From: Eledone cirrhosa
Taxonomy: Eukaryota
Length of the DNA stretch: 64,000 nt
Direction: 5' to 3'
Assembly (NCBI GenBank): GCA_964016885.1
Contig: OZ024745.1
Location: forward strand, 129,518,001 to 129,582,000
The notes beneath the pieces are model-generated. The model made no database searches. It worked only from the letters and a program-made list of their open reading frames with translations, and was not told where the DNA came from. Position numbers and translations under genes: made by a program. Each line of letters begins with the position of its first letter. Positions within the stretch are counted from its first letter, which is position 1. Shown here in pieces: positions 55,445 to 64,000 of this stretch.

Positions 55445-55759
55445 TCAGCTATTGGTCTATCTTTTGATATATAAATGTGTGATGTTGTCCCATTTGTTTG
55501 TCTACAGCAATATACATCTCTATTCTCTTCTGTAACCTGTTTGTTTATTAGTCAATCTATACATGTTTTTGTATCTTTGTACCTTTGTGTCTCTCTCTCT
55601 ATTTATATCTATCTACATAATTCTGTATTTGAAATAGGAAGGACTTTTTATAAGAGGAAATTAATGATATCAAACGTAAGTATAGAAATGACACTGAAAA
55701 TAAAAAAATCAAATAATGTACACACACACACACAAACACACACGCATTCTTCTCTATCC

Positions 55760-55825
<66 letters not shown>

Positions 55826-56389
55826 GTGTGTGTGTGTACATTATTTATATATATATATGGAGAGAGAGGGAGCGACATAGAGAGAGAGTGAGAGAGAGAG
55901 AGAGGGAGGGAGGAAGAGAGAGAGAGAGAGAAAGAGAGAGATAAGTTCGATATTAAACATGTAATAATATATTTAAGTTTTCTTAGATGTATGTTTTGTG
56001 TGGGTGGGGGGACGGGATTTTGAAGGGAGTCAAAATTTGACTTCACTGCTGGTTATGTTACATCGTTATTGAAATGTCAAAGTCAGGCGTTTTATATACA
56101 ACATATATATGTAGGGTCACTTCCGCCTATTGTTTGGCTTCGCCTTTAAACTTAACCGAAAATTGGTGACAGGGTTACTTATGGTAATTACATAAAGTAA
56201 CTGAGTGTAAGAAGGTCAAGTGTTAGTAAAATATTTGCATTTTTTAGATTTTAATCATCTGTAGAAATCTGTCTGGAGATTTGAATAAAAAAAGTACTTA
56301 TTTCTATGGTTTGGATTAATTAGCAAGTTTATGCTGTTTTCTCTTTGGTAAAATAATTTCTGTGAAGTAGAAACTAGTCATTGTATGAT

Positions 56390-56660
56390 ATACAAAATAA
56401 CCACACGAACTGGAGAGGCTCTTCCAGCACGTCTCCCTCACTGTCCTCCGGGTAATCGACTATTCTATTCTGTCCGCCGGGCCCACGGGGCAGCCTGCGT
56501 GTGGGCCCCCATTTGCTTACCTTAGTGAGAGATGGGGAAAACGAAAGAGGAGGAAGTGAGTGAAAGAACATCAACACTTATTTTCTTAGTTATTTATTTG
56601 TATTAAGTAATAGTTGTCAACCACCCCAATTTCACCTCTGAGTAGTCCCTGTGCTCGGTG
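56390..56660. repeat. GC-richer dispersed repeat, second copy at ~63830-64000
   Basis: Shared CCTCCGGG...CTGTCCGC.GGG...GCGTG...CCCCATTTGCT...GGAGG.AGTGAGTG. Class not determined. Confidence 0.5.
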
Positions 56661-56761
56661 TGTGTGTGTAGGACGTCTGCTTTTTTATGGTTGGATCCTT
56701 CGAATATATTTTCTCCTGCTTTACTTCTTTTCTCAATTTACAAGAGAACGTGTTAATTAAA

Positions 56762-57030
56762 GGAGGTTCGTGGCCTAGTGGTAAGAGTGTTTGACTTACG
56801 ACCAGACCGTCGTGTGTTCGATTCCTATGTTTTGTGTTTTGCTCTTGTGTAAAACACTTTATTTTACGTTGGTCCAGTGTACTCAGCTGACAATAAGTAC
56901 CGGCAACAGCTTGCGATGGACTGGCGTCCAGTCCAGGGTCAGTGTTGTACTCTCAGTCGCTTAACGCTATGGAAACCGGTATATGCATCGGCATGACGAG
57001 ACTCCGGGCTCCAGACAGACTTTAGACTTT
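56762..57030 (+). mobile_element. SINE family S2
   Basis: TGGCCTAGTGG, GTTCGATTCC, GCGATGGACTGGCGTCC and an (AGACTTT)n tail. Confidence 0.85.
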
Positions 57031-57222
57031 AGTATTATTTAAACTTGAAGTTTATTACACATTATAGATAAGCTGAGTAGACTTATTGAAAAATGCCGGT
57101 AAATTGCGGTGAAAAAACGAAGGACAATTGATGGTAAATGAAGTAAAGTAAATTAATGGTTTGACCATGATATTTCAGGGCTCTCCTTTTAGGTTCAAAA
57201 CAGAAACAGTCCAAGATAAAAC

Positions 57223-57312
<90 letters not shown>

Positions 57313-57504
57313 ACACACACACACGCACACACACATATATATATATAATTATAAAGAACGAGCAATCAGTGTTGAAAAACAATTTCCTCGTTCTTTATAA
57401 TATTATACTCTGCTCTGCGCGAGTATAGAGTGCTCAACCGTCATACCGCCTACGAACGCATTTACCTGCAATCCTACAACAACTATATATATATATATAT
57501 ACAT

Positions 57505-57622
<118 letters not shown>

Positions 57623-58825
57623 ATATATATATTATTTCCATTTCGTTTTTGTTTAAAGTAATTCATTGTTGGAATCCGACTTGATGGAACCAATGGATTT
57701 GTGAAACTTATGATTTAATGATATATCTCATATATATTATTTCATTAATAAATGTTTCCGTTTTCAGACGATTATTGTGCAAATGTGTGATAAAAGGCAG
57801 AAATATTAGTTCAAAATTTAACTGAGAAATAGAAAAAAATAAAATGTACCGAGAAGATAACATAGGAGAAAATTAAATAATACCGAACATTTGCACAAAA
57901 TCTCAAGTTACATAAGGTAATAATATAAGTAATGAGGTGTTTTGAATTGTGAACAAAATATAATACAAAGAAAAGCGTTAATAGTAGGAGTTGGAATAAT
58001 AAGTGCATGAGAGGAAAAATGGAGAATAATTGGGAGATGTTGACAACGAGGTAAACTTATGAATATAGAATTTGAAATTATAAAATAAAGACGAGAAAAT
58101 ATGAACTAGAATAATTAAACAACGTTTACTTGGTGAGGAGGGTGATTTTGGACACCCTGCAGGACAAAATACAAAATTTGGCAAAGGGCGGAAGAACTCA
58201 TAAGAGTCAACGGCCATCTAAAAAAATAAAAAAGAAAATCCAGCCAAATCAATGGGTGGCAGTAGTTCAGTAGTAACAATGTAAAGGCGCTCCCGCTCAA
58301 GTTAAAAGAGAACAATTGATCTTTAGGGGAAGCGGCGACCCCTGATTGTATTCAGCAACCGAAACAAATATGAAGTACACCAAATCCAATGCTCCTAGGT
58401 GTGGTCCTGGTTCCTCTTATTTGCGAGTATAAACTCGGCCAATTTAGATATAGATGGACAAAAATGACTCAAAATATAAGAACATTAATGGGAAGAATAG
58501 AAAAACTATGAAAAATATGTGGGCAAAGAAAATGAAACGAAAAGCGGGTGAAATAGAATAAATATGACTTGAAAATCATAACGAGGGTTACAGAAGAGGA
58601 GGAATATTGATAAAATGTAAAGCCTGGGAGACGAAAATATTAGAAACGATAACGAAGAACTTTGAAAGGAAAGTTGGACAACAGCAACGAAGATGTTTTA
58701 AAGTTAAATAAAAAGTAAAGAAAACATGAAAGAGGTATGAGGAATAAGAGAGTACTATCAACAGAGATGAAAATTGGTGCAGAAAATAAATCGATGATAA
58801 AGAGAGAAATCAGAAAATAGGATAT

Positions 58826-59363
58826 ACAGTAGTCGCCGGGTGATCTAGGAACGTAACCCCGCGAATAGTGAAAAACCGCGAATATTGAACATGGTCCATA
58901 AAAAAGCATATAAACATCAAAATATAACGCAAAATATAATAAAAAGAGTGTGCAATATATCTGCAAATACGATATATTGTTATTAATAAAGGGCTGTGGA
59001 TTGGCAGTATCGGTAGAGGGTCGGACGCCATACTTTGCAGCATAGTTACGTCCCTTTACGATCTGAGTTCAAATCCCGCCGAGGTTGACTTTGCCTTTCA
59101 TCCTTACGGGGTCGATAAAATAAAGTACCAGTAATGTACTGGGTAATTGCTGGCCTTGTGCCTAAAGTAGAAACAATTAATAATTTAGCGTTAAAGCATA
59201 TATATATATATATATATATATATAGCCACGAAAAAAACCATAAAAAATAGCGGAAGATATTTACAATTCCGTGAATATGCGGTGGTTTCCACGAACAATT
59301 ATTAGTTAGGTTCTAAGGAAAATCCCGCGAATAATCTGGACCGCGAATGTCAGGGGTATAGTG
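58826..59363. mobile_element. Tigger-like MITE interrupted by an S1 SINE
   Basis: TA-CAGTAG left end, repeated CCGCGAATA motifs, and right end CCGCGAAT...GGGGTATAGTG. Confidence 0.5.
58995..59178 (+). mobile_element. SINE family S1
   Basis: Full-length copy. Confidence 0.9.
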
Positions 59364-59524
59364 CATTGGCAAGAAAGGATATAAATATAAGAAAATAAGA
59401 GAAATAGCAACTTGTTAAAAAAAAAAGGAAATATGGATGGGACAAGGAACGACCCCCCCCCCCACTAAAAATAAAAACGAGGAACATAACTAAAATGGGG
59501 CAAAAATGAGAGCATAAATGGGAA

Positions 59525-59625
59525 ATAATTGTTTCTACTTTTGGTACAAGGCCAGCAATAACCAGTACATTACTGGTACTTTATTTTATCGACCCCGTAA
59601 GGATGAAAGGCAAAGTTAACCTCGG
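59525..59625 (-). mobile_element. SINE family S1, 5'-truncated
   Basis: Reverse complement of the 3' half. Confidence 0.85.
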
Positions 59626-60684
59626 GAAATAATAGATGAAATATAAAATAGATGTTGTGGACAAGACAAAGAAACAAAATATTTGAAACCAAACTGCAAT
59701 GTTGTGGTTAAAATGAATGATCAATGAATGAAGATAAAGTTGATTGAAGGGAAACGAGAGAGAAGAGAATGTGAGATGAAACGATAAAACATACAGAATG
59801 GATATCAAATATAAATGTGATTATATATTTCTAATCTACGCTCTAAATAGTTCATTGATTATCCGATAAAGAGAGAGCTTATTGGTTGAGAGGACAGCTT
59901 CCCCCAAACTCCAGCTAGGGATCGAAGCAGAGATTCGATAAATATTCTCTGAGTAGAACAAAAGTTGGTTGTTTATTGCAAGAATAACTGGATACGGTTT
60001 CTTAAAACCCCGAAGTAGGTTTTTAAATGGTCCCTATAAGGACCCGAATCAGATATGGAAGTCGAACAAACCGATCTCCAACAGCACAAGGATTGTAATT
60101 AACCACGTTTCTGTGTCTCCTTACTATTTCTAGTTAGGATAGCAATTTTAAGAATAGGGTGCAAAGACGTGTGTCCTGAGTAGTCGTGGAAGCAAGTCGT
60201 TTGGTCAAGGAGTTCAGGTTTGAAGCTTGGCTTGCTCGTGGAGTGCAATGATAGCATTGAAGCTACGGCATTTGCAAATATACTTAAGATATTTGGAGTT
60301 TTCTCTGTCGGAACATATTTTTGTTTATCAATATATCTTCTACGAAAATGTTACTATTATCATTGTTTTTATTCTTCATCGTCATCGGTATTGTAGCTAT
60401 AGAGACAGAATTACGAGGAAGCTGTTACAATCATAGTATAAGATGCCAGAGAAGTAGGAGGAGAAATAAGAAAGGCGGTGCAGAGATGATAGGAGAGGAG
60501 TGGTGTACAATGCGTAATCTTATCCAACATCTCCCATGGTTAGGCAATTTTCGACTTCCGGAAGGTCAATCTGACCCAGAAGATTACACTCTCCAGCCTT
60601 CTCACTATTCTTTATTTTGCTAAATACTATCTCTTCTCATCTTAATTTTCATTTTTAATTTAACTTCATCTCTCCTTATTCTCC

Positions 60685-60747
60685 GCCTCTCTCCTTCTCT
60701 TTCTTTCTCTCCCCCCCTTTCCCTCTCTTTCTAGGCGTTTCTATATT

Positions 60748-60778
<31 letters not shown>

Positions 60779-60837
60779 CTCTCTCGGCGTTTCTATCGTT
60801 CTCTCTCTCTCTCTCTCTTTCTCTCTCGGCGTTTCTA

Positions 60838-60903
<66 letters not shown>

Positions 60904-61695
60904 GGCGTTTCTATCTTTCTCTCTCTCTCTCTCTTTCTCTCTCGGCGTTTCTATCTTTGTCTCTCTTTCTCTCACACACACACACTCTCTCTCCCTCCCC
61001 CCCCTCCCTCTATTTCTCTCTCTGTGTTCCTATCTTTCTCTCTCTCTCACAAACACTCTCTCTCTCTACCTCCCTCTTTTTCTCTCTCACATTTTCAGCT
61101 CTCGCTCTCAACTTAAGCACCGCACCACAGCCACCTACTCTACCCGTTACAATACAACCTCTTCTTCTTCTTCTTCTTCTTCTTCTTCTTCTTCTTCTTC
61201 TTCTTCTTCTTCTTCTTCTCTTTCCTCCTCCCCCGCCTCCTACCGCTTCTTCTTCTTCTTCTTCTTCTTCTTCTTCTTCTTCTTCTTCTTCTTCTTCTTC
61301 TTCTTCTTCTTCTTCTTCTTCTTCTTCTTCTTCTTCTTCTTCTTCTTCTTCTTCTTCTTCTTCTTCTTCTTCACACGTAACACCACCATTACAATTACCA
61401 AACCATCACCGTAACGATCATCATCATCATGCTTATCCTATTGTTCTTCTCTCCTTCCTTCATCTTCTTCCCCCTCACCTCTTCATCATCATCATCATCA
61501 TCATCATCTTGGACGACATTCTCATTACCGTTATTCTCATCATTGTCTACATTAACATCGTTTGCCTTCATCACCGTCATCATCATCATCACCGTCATCA
61601 TCATCACCATCACCGTCATCATCATCACCACCATCATCATTATCATCATCATCATCACCATCACCAGCATCATCAACGTCATCACCATCATATTC
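60685..61695. repeat. Compound (CT)n, (CTT)n and (CAT/CAC)n simple repeats
   Basis: Includes five GGCGTTTCTAT units separated by (CT)n at 60735-60958. Confidence 0.9.
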
Positions 61696-61783
61696 TTCTA
61701 TTGCTCATCTGATATTCCATCTTTAAGCAAAACTAGAAATGCTAAGTAATCAGGGACGAAAGCGCAGGAGTATTATTTCCCCT

Positions 61784-61928
61784 TCCAGCATAGTTACGTC
61801 CCTTTACGATCTGAGTTCAAATCCCACCGAGGTTGATTTTGCCTTTCATCCTTACGGGGTCGATAAAATAAAGTACCAGTAATGTACTGAGTAATTGCTG
61901 GCCTTGTGCCTAAAGTAGAAACAATTAT
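61784..61928 (+). mobile_element. SINE family S1, 5'-truncated
   Basis: B box, body and tail. Confidence 0.88.
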
Positions 61929-62057
61929 TTCTCTTCTTTCAGTTTTTCTAGTTGTTGTTTTCTAATGTACATACTTTCTCACTGCCTTTCTTTCCCCCTT
62001 CCTCCACAACTTCTCTCCCCATGTGTGTATATATATATATATAATATATATATATAT

Positions 62058-62099
<42 letters not shown>

Positions 62100-62280
62100 A
62101 GCACTCTATCTCAAAATTATTTTTGAAAAGCATTAGAAATGCGCAATCGGGTAAAATTTAAAACTAAAACTGAATACTAACTAATACTTATTACTAATTT
62201 ATACTTATTCCTAATTAAACTATTTTTCACTGGGTAAAATTTGACTCCATTTTCTTTTCCTTTTTACTAATATGTATATA

Positions 62281-62346
<66 letters not shown>

Positions 62347-62481
62347 TGTGTATATATATATTTAATATATATATGTATGTATTATGTATATATATATATA
62401 TAATATGTATATATATATATGTATATGTATGTATATGTATATATATGTATGTATATGTATGTATATGTATGTATATGTATG

Positions 62482-62519
<38 letters not shown>

Positions 62520-62537
62520 TACATACATATATATATA

Positions 62538-62576
<39 letters not shown>

Positions 62577-62630
62577 CATTTATATATATATTTATACACA
62601 TTTAAAACTATATATTTATACAGATTTAAA

Positions 62631-62779
<149 letters not shown>

Positions 62780-62848
62780 TCATATATATATAGTATTGTG
62801 TAAAGCTCATTATATATTCTAACTGAACAGCTGCATTCTGATTCTGGA

Positions 62849-62883
<35 letters not shown>

Positions 62884-63063
62884 TATATATATATACATAT
62901 ATATGACTTCGCTAAAATAGATGAAAACTGTGTATGCATATATGTGAGTGCTTTTGCATATTTATTGATGACGAGATAAATAGGCATGCACATATGAACT
63001 CTTCTTCGTCCACAAACATAGATACACATACACAAACACACACACAAACACACACACAAACAC

Positions 63064-63159
<96 letters not shown>

Positions 63160-64000
63160 GTATATATATATATATATAATATATATATATATACGTATAT
63201 GTGTGTATAAATATGCTTGTATGTGTGTGTATGTGTAATCTGTGTTTGTGGATGTGAGTGTGCGTGAACGAAATTATTTTTACAAAACAGAAAACTCAAA
63301 CTCTCCAGTGATGTATTCAGCGGGCAGTTTACATCTTGAGTAATAACTGCACAGTAATTTATTGGAGAATTCTCAAGTGATATATTTGGGTTGATGAAAG
63401 AAAATGTGTGGTTTTTAAATATTTGTTTTATTACAAGTCAAAACATTGGTTCACTTACTACAATAACATGTCAAAAACTATACTGTGATAAATTCCTCTG
63501 ATGCTATAAAAATATACATTATTGTTCATATTACATTATTTACTGGTTCCTTGTTACAATTCTAAGAATTCTTCGTGGTTTTAATTAACAGTATGGGAAA
63601 TATGTCCAGTCACATCTATAGAAAGTCGTCAAGAAGTTTTGTTTAAGTATTTCAAGCCTGATAGAAGACGTAATCTGACAGACATGCTTGCTAAGAAAGG
63701 TTCTGCATGTTTAAACTGCTGACACATTTTTTCTCATTTTATTTTAAATAACATCTATCTCTGAATGTGTGGGCGTATCAGCTCTTGTTACAATTACGAA
63801 TAATAGAGACTTCTGGTGTCCTTGGCCCTAGTACCACCTCCCTACTCACGACCATTCGCATAGTGTTCGTTACCCTCATCATCCTCCGGGGGATAACACC
63901 TTCTCTAGGCTGTCCGCTGGGGTTGTGGGGCGGCCAGCGCGTGAATCCCCATTTGCTGATAATAGATTGGGAGGGCGAGAGAGACGGAGGCAGTGAGTGG

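Noticed and set aside
59870-60270. Possible solo LTR
   Set aside because: Only a minus-strand AATAAA and higher complexity; no second copy, clear termini or target-site duplication in the window.

Overview
AT-rich, microsatellite-saturated animal DNA. The SINE families and (TA)n/(CA)n density suggest an octopus or other cephalopod (inference). Nearly all ORFs in the supplied track are microsatellite translation artefacts. There is one real gene candidate: a ~2.66-kb exon (32092-34752, +) encoding an uncharacterised Ile/Val-rich protein built from 8-residue repeats (808-aa ORF). Its two ends appear to lie in a different frame from the long ORF, and a probable last exon starts at 38347. The rest is transposon-derived: two tRNA-type SINE families, RTE, RTE-X and Tx1-like LINE fragments, mariner and Tigger-like MITEs, and minisatellites. 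The main hidden signal is about 16 type I hammerhead-ribozyme (HHR) motifs plus several half-motifs, from roughly 8-10 small element families that mostly sit in (TA)n tracts. Two of these families link directly to Penelope-like retroelement (PLE) coding sequence: a Neptune-type RT and a C-terminal endonuclease-like segment. Several share an inverted arm plus 3' tail architecture whose inversion starts at a fixed internal TA-rich site. All structures were read by eye and not computed; coordinates of decayed repeats are approximate.
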